This document shows, in pieces, positions 33,600 to 53,600 of a DNA stretch of 64,000 nucleotides. The DNA is taken from the NCBI RefSeq assembly GCF_009914755.1, contig NC_060934.1. One strand, written 5' to 3'. The stretch comes from the human T2T-CHM13v2.0 reference genome, Homo sapiens. Under the pieces are notes generated by a model, which made no database searches, was not told where the DNA came from, and saw nothing but the letters and a program-made list of their open reading frames with translations. A program made the translations under genes and the position numbers. The first letter of the stretch is position 1. Every line of letters starts with the position of its first letter.

Positions 33600-34400
33600 T
33601 TCATTCCCCCTGACACAGGTTCATAAATATTTGTGGGAAATGCACTGAGATGATAACTAATCATTTAATCATTTAACATTTAAATCAAAGAAAACTAATC
33701 ATAATGCACATTTTTGTGCAAAATGAGAACATCTAAGTAACTTCTGAGGTTTTAAAAAATAGTTCCCAAAGCACAATTTTTGAAAATAGTTTACATCTTT
33801 GAACATTTCAGTTGTGTCAACTGCCCGCAGGAATAATAACAAAGCATGATTTCTGCTATTGATAATGACGATCTAATTGATGCAGAAAAACCATTAATTT
33901 GATTCTCTCATCTCTGCTCATTTCTCACTCTTAAGAGGAATCAAGGAGCAAGAAAACTACCTCCAAATAGGTTCAATCCAGAATCCTTACTGGATTTTTT
34001 AGGAAGACCAAGTATGCTCTTTCTCCTTTTGAAATATGGATATGTCAGCATTATTCTCAAATATGTTTATTAAAATGTCAACAAACTGTCACAAACTAGT
34101 AGTCTTTTAACCGTGACTTGCTTTCCCCACCATTGCTCAGACTATAACCCCATTGTGACCGCCCTGACTCCAAGTCCTGTCTTCTCATAAATAGTTGATT
34201 AATCCCCCAGCTGAAGCAATGACAATGAAATGAAGTTGAATGACATGAAGACAATAGGAAGCAATTGAACATTAATGATCTCCAGCATGACAGATGTTGA
34301 ACACAGACTTCTGCATGGAGCCACTCAGCTCTGTTACTTTGGGTCATAACAGTCTTGGTTGGGAACAGCAGTCCTGTGACAGAAAAGACTATGTTATATA
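33600..34400. promoter_or_regulatory. ATOH7 primary (5'-distal) retinal enhancer region
   Basis: Alu-free block with RBPJ-type TGTGGGAA (33632-33639), several TAAT cores, SOX-type CATTGT/ACAATG/ACAATA (34151, 34222, 34251), TAATCC (34200-34205), CAGCTG (34208) and CAGATG (34291). Position agrees with the known primary enhancer. Boundaries are inferred. Confidence 0.6.
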
Positions 34401-35053
34401 GTCATCAAAATGTCAAATATATTTTTCTGTGTTTCTGTGGAAATCTGCCCTATTAATGCCGTTGTTCTTCATATTCATTTGCTTCATCTCTTTCCTCCAA
34501 AGAGCTCCCTCTGTGCTGCTCTGTGGAATGTTTCTCTGCAAAATGGACTGTACATTTGTTCTGGATGTTATTGTCCAAAGTGCTAATGAGATGTATGATT
34601 TTGCAGGCCATGTACCCAGGATTGATGAGACTGTAGCCCAAGTCCAAAGGCAATGAAAGCATAACTTGAAGAGAAACAGGAAATACTACTGTGCACACAA
34701 CAGTTATATTAGAACATAAACTAGCAGATACCTATGATATGAAGTTGATCCAAGGATAGAGAGAATTGCTGCAGTAAAGGGTCTTAGAGGGCATGTATAA
34801 CACATTTCCCAAATGTATTCTGAAAGACATTATTAGAATGACAAAGATGCTTCTGGGGGAAAGGGTTCCATTGTCAAATAAATTTGGGAAACAGTATCTG
34901 CTGTCTTCCACTTGGAGAGTCATGAAGCAAAATTGGCACAGTAAAGTTTCTGAGAAATCCTGGAGTAAAGAAACCTATTGACTCCAGCATTTCTGAGATC
35001 TCCTTGAACACAGAACCCTCTTATCCTAGAAAGATCTATTGACAAAGTTCCTT

Positions 35054-35737
<684 letters not shown>

Positions 35738-35948
35738 TGAACATTGTACTAAAAGGCACTGAGCAATTTAATGATTAGATTAAGGCAAGAAGTCAAATCT
35801 CCTGCATCCCTTCATTTTAGAGGCTTTAAAATTAGAAGATCAGTTAATACAAGCCCCTCATTTTGCAATGGGCCAACTGATATCTACCAGTCACTTCCCA
35901 GTCAGACAAGTCACTAATAAAATTTTCAGGAATAGAATTAGCAATTTT

Positions 35949-36262
<314 letters not shown>

Positions 36263-36524
36263 AGAATTAGCAATTTTGTGCATAAAGGACAGCATCAGTT
36301 ATTTTATAACCCTAGTGTCTAGCACACTAGACACTAGAAAATAATAAGTAGTCAGTAAATAACCTGGAATGAGTGACTGGAACAATAAACTAGGTAAATG
36401 ATAGATGCGGGCCAGAATGAACACATTCCTAGTGAATAACCCAGACAATGATTCATGTTCCCTCACCTGTAGGGAACGGGAGCTAGCTGCACATTTTGAA
36501 TGCAGAATGACTTCTTAAAAAACA

Positions 36525-36794
36525 GGCTGGGTGCAGTGGCTCACACCATCATTTCAGCACAGGAATTTCAGACCAGCCTATGCAGCATAGTAAGACCCTG
36601 TCTCTACAGAAATAAAATTAATTAGCTGGGAGTAATGGAGAATGCCTGTAGTACCAGTTACTTGAGAGGCTAAGTAAGGGAGGATAGCTTGAGTATAGGA
36701 GGTCAAGGCTGCAGTGAGCTATGATTGCACCACTGACTCCAGCCTGGGTGACAGAGCAAGACCCTGTCTCAAAAAAAAAAAAAAAAAAAAAAAA
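36525..36794 (+). mobile_element. AluJ, internally deleted
   Basis: Diverged dimer with A tail. Confidence 0.8.
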
Positions 36795-37138
36795 TCCATA
36801 GCCTTTTGGGCCAGAAGAACATGTATGTCAGACTAATTTCCACAGTGTTTCCATACTGAATGTATGATCTTACTAGTTGAATTGGTGGTTACCATACATC
36901 TGGTGGTTGGCCAGAAATCAAAACTGGCAGATGGAGATAAGGAGATGGCAGGAATTGGGGGTGGACCCAGGGAAGAAGGAGTTTGCACATGCAGAAGGAA
37001 TAGAAAAATAGAAAATATTATTTTAAAGGTAAAAGATCCACGGCTAGAAATTATTACATAAAATGTGTAGAATAGGTTTAAGGGTAAACATTCCTTTATT
37101 ATCCAAAACTGTGTTTAATTTTTAAGATGAAAGCTCTC

Positions 37139-37140
37139 AA

Positions 37141-37172
<32 letters not shown>

Positions 37173-37173
37173 A
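37139..37173. repeat. (CA)n microsatellite
   Basis: Read directly. Confidence 0.9.
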
Positions 37174-37372
37174 AAATTAAAAGAGAGAAAGGAAAACACT
37201 TGGAAAAAAATATTCATTCTGAAATTTGCAGAGAAAACTATGGAAATTGAAGACTGAGCCTTCATTATTGAGAGTGTAGCAGTCAGGAGACTCTGGGTCC
37301 CCTAAAGACTAAGAGGAAAGTCAGCAAAGGACAAAGGAACAATGAAGCTGAGGTCCACTCCTATTTTATTGA

Positions 37373-37713
<341 letters not shown>

Positions 37714-38149
37714 GAGTTCCTGTAACTTTATAATGTGCTGCGTAGTTACCAGGAGGAGAAAAACCCACAAAAAGATTGAAGGATTGAAGCCAAATCTTGT
37801 ACCTCTACTCCCTGCCACTCAAAGGTCCGGGGAAGAGAAAAGCCAGTGAAGGACAGAAATTAAGAAGGGACAGGGACTAATCATGAGGTCAAGAGAAAGA
37901 TGACAACAATGGGGGGCCTTGTCCCAGGCCTCGGCAGTAATCACTCACCAGAAAAATCCAAGCTCACCAAAGGACCCCAGGAGGTTCTCCAGCTTCCGGT
38001 CACTTGGCACACTGCTGGAGAATTCTGGCTAGGCACTTTGATTTAGACTCTAGTTGCCATGAGCCAGACCGACTTGCACAGTTTGCACTCTGCCTTCACT
38101 CTTCTTGCTAGTGGATCTTAGAGTCCTGTTGGCATTGTGGCTAAACATA

Positions 38150-38660
38150 ACACCATCTTTGGAGTCCATTTTGAATCCTGGACCCCCCATCAACTAGCTG
38201 AGTTATGTGCTCTTGTGCAAGTCACTTCTCCTGTTTCTCCACCTGCAAGGTAGGAATCATAATACCTACCTCATAGGGGAGATTGCATTAAATAAGACTG
38301 GGCCTGCAAAAGACCCTGCCTGGTCCCTATGAAAGTCACCCTTTAAATGACAGCGAGGATTACATATTATGAATTTTTTTTATAAATCGTAATAAAAATG
38401 AGCTTGTCATCAGTTTCTGAAGATTCTGAATTAAATGAATAATTTTTGAACCTTTTATACATCGAACTATAAAGTCATGATATGAATCTCAGCTGTGTGA
38501 TCTTGGCCAACTTACTTAACTTCTCTGTGCCTCTCATGTTATATGTAAGAGAGGAATAGTAATAGTATAATCAATCTCATACAATAGGATTAAATTAGTT
38601 TCTCTTTGTAAAGCACTTAGATCTATGCCTGGCATACAATTAAATGTAATATAGCTGCTT
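38150..38660. mobile_element. MIR fragments
   Basis: MIR core motifs: agctgtgtgatcttggccaacttacttaacttctctgtgcctc and ataatacctacctcatagg. Confidence 0.7.
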
Positions 38661-38811
38661 GCTTAAATAAACAAAATAACCTGTTGCAGTTTTCCAGGGT
38701 GTAGAATAGTCACCCACTCCTGCTTATTTTTGCTTCAATTTTCTGCTCTTGAGTGCTGGTACCTTAGGGTGAACAGGGACAGGGAGAGAAGGGAAAATTC
38801 AAATAGGTTCA

Positions 38812-39209
<398 letters not shown>

Positions 39210-39444
39210 TTAGTGATTTCATTAGAGTTTGAGGTTCAGTTTTACAGTTGCAGACACATAGTTAAAAGTGTTCATTTTCAGGGGATGCTCTACTTGTCCA
39301 GTGACTGAAATATTTGCATTTACCATCCAGGCCTCTTCCTTCCTGGTACGGAGGTATTTGAGGAGACAAACTGACAATCATGATGTTGCTTTACACATAT
39401 AGAACCAGAACAAAGGGAATGGGTCTTACGGATGTGCTAAGCTT

Positions 39445-40327
39445 TTTGTGGCATACTTAGGCTGGCAGCTACATTTCTCAGAATGCCTTTCCCTGTGTGG
39501 CTCCAGATTTGAGTTGGGCAAACGAGCAGTTGCATGAGCTATGGGAGGCATAAGTAAAGTCACCAAAGTCTGGAGACGACTGCAGGTTGAGGGACAGGAG
39601 AGACAGACACAGAGGTGCCAATGGAGCCCAGTTTGTGTTTGTCTTCTCTTATTCCACATACAGCACACACCCTCTCGACTGTTGGCCCTACTGAGCAACA
39701 GCAGCCCCAGGCCCGCCACCAGATGCTTCATGTGAACTCAAGGAGGTGACAGCCACAGGGCACCTGGCTTCTCTGCCACCTCCCTGCCCTTACTTCAGCA
39801 GTTGGACATCCCTGGCTTCCGGAGTCCTTGCATGCTCGGATTCATTCACCCAAGCCAGTGCTGCTTAGGGACTTTCATCCAATCCTTCAACAACTTTTTT
39901 TTTTTTTTTTTTTGAGACGGAGTCTTGCTGTGTCGCCCAGGCTGCAGTGCAGTGGTGCTATCTCGGCTCACAGCAACCTCTACTTCCCGGGTTCAAGCAA
40001 CTCTCCTGTCTCAGCCTCCTGAGTAGCTGGAATTACAAGCGTGAACCACCATGCCCGGCTAATTTTTGTATTTTTAGTAGAGATGGGGTTTCACCATGTT
40101 GGCCAGGCTGGTCTCTAACTCCTGACCTCAGATGATTTCCCCAACGGGGCCTCCTAAAGTGCTGGGATTACAGGAGTGAGCCACCACGCCCGGCCAGAAA
40201 CTTCTTTTTTGGACCTTTATGTCCCTAGCTCCTCTCCCAATTGTGTAAGACCTTGTCCTTCTAAGAAATTCCTTCTTCCATTATGCTCAGAGTGGCTCTG
40301 CTTTCCTGACCGGACCCTGACTGGAGC
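39445..40327 (+). mobile_element. LTR33/LTR16-like ERVL LTR interrupted by AluS (-, 39894-40195)
   Basis: ctacatttctcagaatgcctttccctgtgtgg... and end ...ctgctttcctgaccggaccctgactg. Confidence 0.55.
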
Positions 40328-41409
40328 AAGGGATATTTCATCCAGACCTCAGTAAGGCCACAAGACCTATCCCTGCCTGCCAGTGGAGAGAGACCATCTT
40401 GCACAGTGTCCATGTGTCCACCAGGATACGAGACTTTGTATCTTGGACAGGGATTACTACTTCTATCTGTTCAGCCCTGTGCCAGGCAACATCAGGGATA
40501 AGACGGCCTTTAGCCTATTGGAATTCACGATCCAATTCTGCAGGTAAGATCCATTTAACAGATATTAAAAACCTACCGTGAGCAGTAAACCAGGGTCTTG
40601 CTCCCCAACAGGTGCATAAGACAACCAATTAGAGTATGGGAAAATAATATAAATTTTACTGACATTTGTTTTACATCTTTCTTTTAATTTCTGTCTTGGG
40701 GTGGAGGGACCCCACACACGGGGGGAGAGTAGACATTGCCCCCCAGCAACTCCCAGCAACACAGCTCTTTTTCCTTTTGCTAATGGCCCCTTTCAAGAGA
40801 AATAATGTCCTCCAAAAGCAATGGCAACAGACCTGCTGCTTTGTTTCTGCTCTGAAATGGTGGCATTTGCTGTTTCACAGTGAGCAGGTGGCTTTCTTCC
40901 CCAAAGGGTGGCTCTCATTACATCCAGGTTTCAGGCGGTACCTGAGTCAGCTCAGAGTTAAAGCCCAGAGGCTTCACTTGCCCAGGCCAGACACTGATGT
41001 CGGCTCCCTGCCCCGTGGGAAGTGGTTTTCTGTTTATTTTAGTTGGTTTAGCCTTTTTTGTTTCCTTGTGCAATTTCAGCAGCTTGGCTAAACAAGTTAT
41101 TCTAAGTGTCCAGACACCCGGGTCTTCTGATTCTGAGGTTGTATTCCCATCACTCCTCACCATTGTTTTTGACTCTTACTTCCTGGCTGTGTGCCTGCCT
41201 CCTACTGACCTCCACTGAGAGGGAAGCAAAAAGATACCATGGCTAGCTGGCCAGACATCTGTCCCAATCGGATTCCTAGGCGATCTTTAAGTAGAACCCC
41301 AAACTGGAAGCCATATGAGTGTATAGTCTTTTCTATTCCTTTGGTAACTATATACCAACTTGTTTCATTGTTTCAAACTGATTTTCATTTGTTCATTTAT
41401 TCAACAAAT

Positions 41410-41768
<359 letters not shown>

Positions 41769-43558
41769 TAGAGATAGTGCTGAACAAACTGCAAAAATCT
41801 CTGCCCTCGTGCATATTTAAAACTGGTAATGTTGGTATCTTCTTACATGTTTATTTCCTGCTTCTCCAAATAGACTAAAAATTCTTTGAGAGAAGGGACA
41901 AATTTTCAATGTCTGGTTCTTGCTAGAATGTTCAATAAATACATATTTGCTGCTTGGCTGACTGAAGTTCTTACTTATTCAGGCTGACCTTAAGCTAAAA
42001 AAAATGGTTATCATCACCATAACAATATTTGCACCTTCAGGAAATACCAAATGCTCACCCAGTGTTAACTCCAATTCTTATAACCCTCTTTGAGTGAGGA
42101 CAGTTGTAATCCCATTTTGTGGCCAAGAAAACCAAGGCCCTAGTTAAACTGAGCAACACAGCAGCCAGGTTTGAACCCAGCTCTCTTTCTACACAGAGCT
42201 CATGCTCTGTGCTGCACTGGCCCTTGTCTGTGAGAGCTTTGATGGCAGGAACACGGCCTTATTCTTCACGGTGTACCCAGTTCCTAGAAAAGGAGCTGGG
42301 ACCCGGTTGCACTCATTAAATATGCTGGGATGTGTAAGCAGTCACTGTGTCAGGCCCAGCTGGCCCCCATTCTGCTAAACTATAGGCACAGGATCTAGCA
42401 ATCTGCAGGCACAGATGAGCCTCATTCTGTGAACCAAGTCCAAGGGTTCCTTGGAGCCCCATTTCCCACTAGGTGTTGTCTGATATACCTGGGAGTGAGC
42501 CAGAGGCTCCTGAAGATGCATAAACCTCACCTTCTTCTTTGGACCTTCCTGCAACACCCCTTCCCCCATGGGCCCTCCTCCTTAGGTTCCCAAAGTTCCC
42601 ATCAGCTTGGGTAATGGGGTCCCTTGTCCACCGTGAGATCTCTCCTCTGAGGACCTGGACTCTTGCTCTTCTCTCAGCAGAGGACTAGGGGCCTGCCTAA
42701 CCTACACACACCTTCCCAGCCCCGGCACCCACCACTGGATTACTCCCACACTGCACCGTACCTGGAGCCTCTGCATCTCTTCACATAAAATCAGATCCTT
42801 GCACATTGGTGCCAAAATAAAGTCTCAGTTTGCCTTGTCCCTCTGCCACTGAGCATCTGACCATCCTGCTCACATGCCAATTTCACCCCCGAGTCAGTTC
42901 CTCCAACCCTGGCTGCCATTGTTTGCATGTTCACCTCCCTGGGACTGCCTGTTCTTGAGGCTTCGGTGGACCAGGGGTGGACCTGAGCACCCGGCACTGA
43001 CAGTCATGACATTCCTGCTGACTGCAGTGCTCAGGTGACAAGTGACACTCATGACCTTTCTTTTCAGCACATTTGTCCCATTCCCTAGTGGCTACTCCCA
43101 ATTGCCATATAATTTGTCACTCTACGTCACTTGATTCACCTCAGCAAGCTTGCTTTGCTACTATCCGAGGAACACTGAATTGGGTCCCAGGTAACATTGG
43201 TTCCATGTCTCCATGCTCCTTGGTGGCATACATGACTCACGTAAGTCATCTAGGATGGAAGCCAAAGTTGGCTTATATACTTAACCACTTCAGGCTAAGA
43301 AACACTCCTATAACATAAGTTTTCTGCAGAAGCCCATTAAAAGAACCTCTTACTGATTGGATCCCCAACATGTCCCCAGAATCAAGTGGTTCGGAGTAAT
43401 TCCAGAGTGCTGACTCAAACCCCAATCCCTCCTTTTTCTCATTACTCACTTTATCTAGATCAGCTTTGTTGGTCCTCCAAAGTGTGTTTCCCAAATGTTG
43501 TCCTGAAACTGCTACCCTTCAACAAAGAAAAGAAAATTCTGGCTTAGACAAAGCTATA

Positions 43559-44202
<644 letters not shown>

Positions 44203-44380
44203 CAATGATTGTTTTTTTTTTTTTAACTGCAGGACTTTTTAGAACGTTTACTATGATTATGGTTTTTCTCAAGACAGAATGTGCAGCATTTCCTGAACTT
44301 GTATGGCATGGAGCTCCTTCATCTCAGAGAATATCCAAAGAGCATGTCCATAAAAAAAATTTTGAAAAATGCTAAATCCA

Positions 44381-44687
44381 GCTGGGTGCAGTGGCTCACA
44401 CCTGTAATCCCAGCACTTTGGGAGGCTGAGGCAGGCAGATCACTTGAGGCCAAGAGTCCAAGACAAGCCAGGTCAACATGGCTAGACCCTCGTCTCTACT
44501 AAAAATACAAAAATTAGCCAAGCGTGGTGGTGCGCACCTGTAATCCCAGCTACTCAGGGGGCTGAGGCACAAGAATCCACTTGAACCCAGGAGATGGAGG
44601 TTGCAGTGAGCCAAGATCACAGCCCTGCACTCCAGCCTGGGTGACAGAGTGAGACCCTGTAAAAAAAAAAAAGACGGAAGAAAGAAA

Positions 44688-44756
<69 letters not shown>

Positions 44757-44808
44757 AAAGAAAGAAGGGAGGGAGGGAGGGAGGAAGGAAGGAAGGAAGG
44801 AAAGAAAG

Positions 44809-44871
<63 letters not shown>

Positions 44872-44897
44872 GAAAGGAAGAAAGAAAGAAAAGAAAA
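44381..44897 (+). mobile_element. AluS with greatly expanded purine tail
   Basis: 17-bp TSD GAAAAATGCTAAATCCA at 44364-44380 and 44898-44914. Confidence 0.92.
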
Positions 44898-44903
44898 GAA
44901 AAA
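44661..44903. repeat. (GAAA)n-(GGAG/GGAA)n-(GAAA)n compound microsatellite
   Basis: About 240 bp of purines with a single C at 44675. Confidence 0.95.
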
Positions 44904-45207
44904 TGCTAAATCCATAACTTAAATTAAAGAGTAGTCTGTCTTAAAACATTTCAGTGGATAATTTTTAAAAATCCATACATCTTTACACTCAGAAGTTTTT
45001 AAACTTGCTATTTTGAAATTAAAGAACTAGATTCCTCCTCCCTGCAATCTAGTCATTCTTTTGAGCCCTGAAGATTTCTCTTATAAAGTGACTTATAAGC
45101 ATGCAAATTCTCCAGCAGTGTCAAGGGTAAGGTAGATGTGCTGGGAGAATATTCAGGGACAGAACTGGTTGGCAAGGAAGATGCTCAAACACTCATAGTT
45201 CCGTTGG

Positions 45208-46232
<1,025 letters not shown>

Positions 46233-46429
46233 AGTCTGCAGGCAGCCTAGAATTTGGCTGTGTATACAGGAACCCAGGAAAGGAAGGAAGTGCCAATAGA
46301 GAGAAGGGAAATGGTGGCAGGGTCAGATTCAAACTCTGGCCTTCCCCGTAATTTATTGCCCAAGGCCTGGTGGTATACACATGTCTGTGAATAACCTGCC
46401 TCTGCTATGTGAATGCTTCTAACTGTTGT

Positions 46430-48085
<1,656 letters not shown>

Positions 48086-48499
48086 ACACCAAATTTAAAA
48101 ATTGTGTGTTGGGATTGGGGCGAATGAGTCGATCATCATCATGTGGGCTCCTGAAAATTGAAAAAAAAAATCAGTCTGTAGAAAATTTCCATTTCAAGGT
48201 TGTATTTGGTGATGCTTCAGAAATGGGGACAGAATTCAGAACAGGAGCAGCGTGTGTCTTCAAGTGCTGGTGGTCACCATCAGTGCCTTGGCCTCAAGGA
48301 GGTGACCTGCTTACAGGTCAGTGAACCTCACAGAACCTCCCTCTGGGGTCCCAGATATTAATCCAACTCTTTGCTGATTTCACAACCTGCCTGGAGACAC
48401 CCCTAGCTGCTCCCTGCTGGACTGATCCCAGTCCTGATGTTACCTACCATGTGTGTTGCGGGGAGGGGGAAGGAAAGGAGACTTAGAGAGATAAATGTA

Positions 48500-51390
<2,891 letters not shown>

Positions 51391-51589
51391 ATGAAAAACA
51401 AGGAAGTTTAACAAGTCAGAGCAAGGGAGAAATAAACAAGTTAAAGAATTTTCATACAAATTTAAGACTATGGAGTTCAATTGTAAAAATGTTAAAAGTT
51501 GAAGGTTTTAAAACTAGCACTACTACTTCAACACTACTGTTCCTGCCTATTTTAACAGGCCTATCCTATGGCTGGAATTATTATTATCA

Positions 51590-51843
51590 TTATTGTCATC
51601 TTTAACACCCAAGGTTTATGAAAAAGTGCATTAATGTACCAGGCACTATATTAAGCCCCTTCAACATATCATCTTACCTCATCCTTTCAGCAGCTCAGTG
51701 AAGGGGGTATATTATCATACCCATTTACAGATGAGGAAAGCAAGTTCCAGGGAGGTTAGGAAACTTGCCCTACATACCTTTTGCTGGTGAGTCGTGGAAC
51801 CTGGATTTGCCTGACTGCAGTGCACAACCTCTTAACTGCTCTA
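51590..51843. mobile_element. MIR
   Basis: attatcatacccatttacagatgaggaaa...gaggttaggaaacttgccc. Confidence 0.8.
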
Positions 51844-51999
51844 AAATCTTATGTAAAGAAAATCTTATGTAACTACTACAAAATCTTTTATGTAACTACT
51901 ACAAAATCTTATGTAAAGAAAAACGGGTCTGCTTAAAATGGAGTTGGCACATTGAACATAATTGAACATAATGATTCAATGTTGCTACATGCAGAGGAA

Positions 52000-53600
52000 C
52001 CTCCATGTCTCCCTCAGGCTAGAGACAATGTGGTAAGGCATTTGGTGCTTACACGTATTGCACTGACAATCAAATCTCCAGGCCCTGGATAAATAATGGC
52101 TAACCTCATCCTTACTCTGTCTTAGCATGACAGCCAGGCTCAACACTAACCCCTAGTAAACAGACTCTTCAATTCAACTTATCAATGCACTGCGAAGATG
52201 TCCGACTTCATTGCAACAATCCTGGGAGGATGCTCTGAGCTCTGCCCTGCCCATTAGAGGCTGTAAGTTTGTGCAAATAACCATAAAATTAAACCCACCC
52301 AGGGAGGGCCATTGATTTCCAATTGGCACAGTTTGCCAGATGCTGTTTGGTCTAAGAACTGCCTTGACCTCTAGTAGTGACGCCGCCTGCCCTTGGCTTT
52401 GCGGGGTGTGTTCCCAGCAGGGAAGGCCTCTCCACTAATGCTTGCTACTGGAACTTGGGCTGAAAATGTGGTGGGTTCCCCATATGTTGCAGGGGAGAGG
52501 CCAGCCACACCTGGCGTTGGATTCAACCTCTTATCCAACCCTGGGGCTGAAGCCACCCCCAGGAGATTACAGACGCTCCCACCCCCAACTAATTAAATAG
52601 GTGGCCTCCTGCTGTTAAAAGGGAATGAGGGCGGAAAAACAGAGGATGCCTGATTTAACTAGGACCTGGGTAAGTAGCTTACCAGCCAGACCCAGAAATC
52701 ACCGATGCATGCCTAAGCAGTCTCTAATGGGTCAGGGTGGTTCTATGCCTGAGATCTGGAGTTCTGTTTATTCTCAGCTTCCTTTGTACTTTCAAACCTG
52801 TAGTCCAAAACATTCATCATGGAAGCTTTACAAATTATTAAAAATAATATTGTTCTATTAATGAGTATATCTTATACAGCTATTATTACACACCAATCCT
52901 TGTGTTCAAACATTGGAATAAAGTGACTATTCAAAGACATTATTTGTTTCTTGTAGTACAACCTGAAGACAGTTCTACCCCCTTCCACACACACACCCAC
53001 TCGCACACACACACAGAGAGTAGGCTTCTGAATGCAAAGCAAAGTGTTTACCTAAGTTACCAGTGCTAAATCTAAATATCCATGCAATTATAAATTTAGA
53101 TGGAAACTAAAATTGTGTTTCCAATTAAGGAAAGAAACCCCTTAGACTTTTTCAGTTCAGCCTAACAAGCAAGTTACTAATTGTTTCAGTTTTGGTTTTG
53201 CTACAAATCATTTAGAAGGAAAGAGGATCTGAGGTGCAAAGAGGAAGGCAATTGTAATAATGGGAAATTGGACTAAATTAAAATGATCCTAAGTCACAGC
53301 ACAACTAGGCCTCTTTGCCACCAACTTTTGACATTCTAATTAGGGCAAATGATTATGCAAATCCAGTCAGTCGCTCTTTTCCCCCCAAGCTGAAGTGCTT
53401 GTGATTGTTCAAGTGAGGACTGTTGGTGGCGTAATTAAAGCTCTCCTAAAAATTAATTGAGAATCAGAGGACAGCCTCCAAAGATGCCCTAATTTGTGGG
53501 CAGCCCAGCACAGCTGTCCTTTTGTCCTGCCTGCCACCAGGACGCCTCGAGTTTCCCCATCAAGTATAATAGAATGTGACACTTGAGGTGTTCTCAAGCC
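52000..53600. promoter_or_regulatory. ATOH7 remote 'shadow' enhancer region
   Basis: About 19-21 kb upstream of the TSS, Alu-free, with CAGATG (52337-52342), CTAATTAA (52589-52596), CTAATTAG (53336-53343), octamer ATGCAAAT (53355-53362), TAATTA (53432-53437), AATTAATT (53451-53458), CAGCTG (53511-53516). Location fits the enhancer deleted in congenital retinal non-attachment. Confidence 0.65.

Noticed and set aside
44550-44915. KKER-rich and FLSF-rich ORFs
   Set aside because: Translation of the (GAAA)n microsatellite.
52362-52380. Reverse CTCF-like motif that would converge with the 13715 site
   Set aside because: TCACTACTAGAGGTCAAGG mismatches key core positions; too weak without ChIP data.
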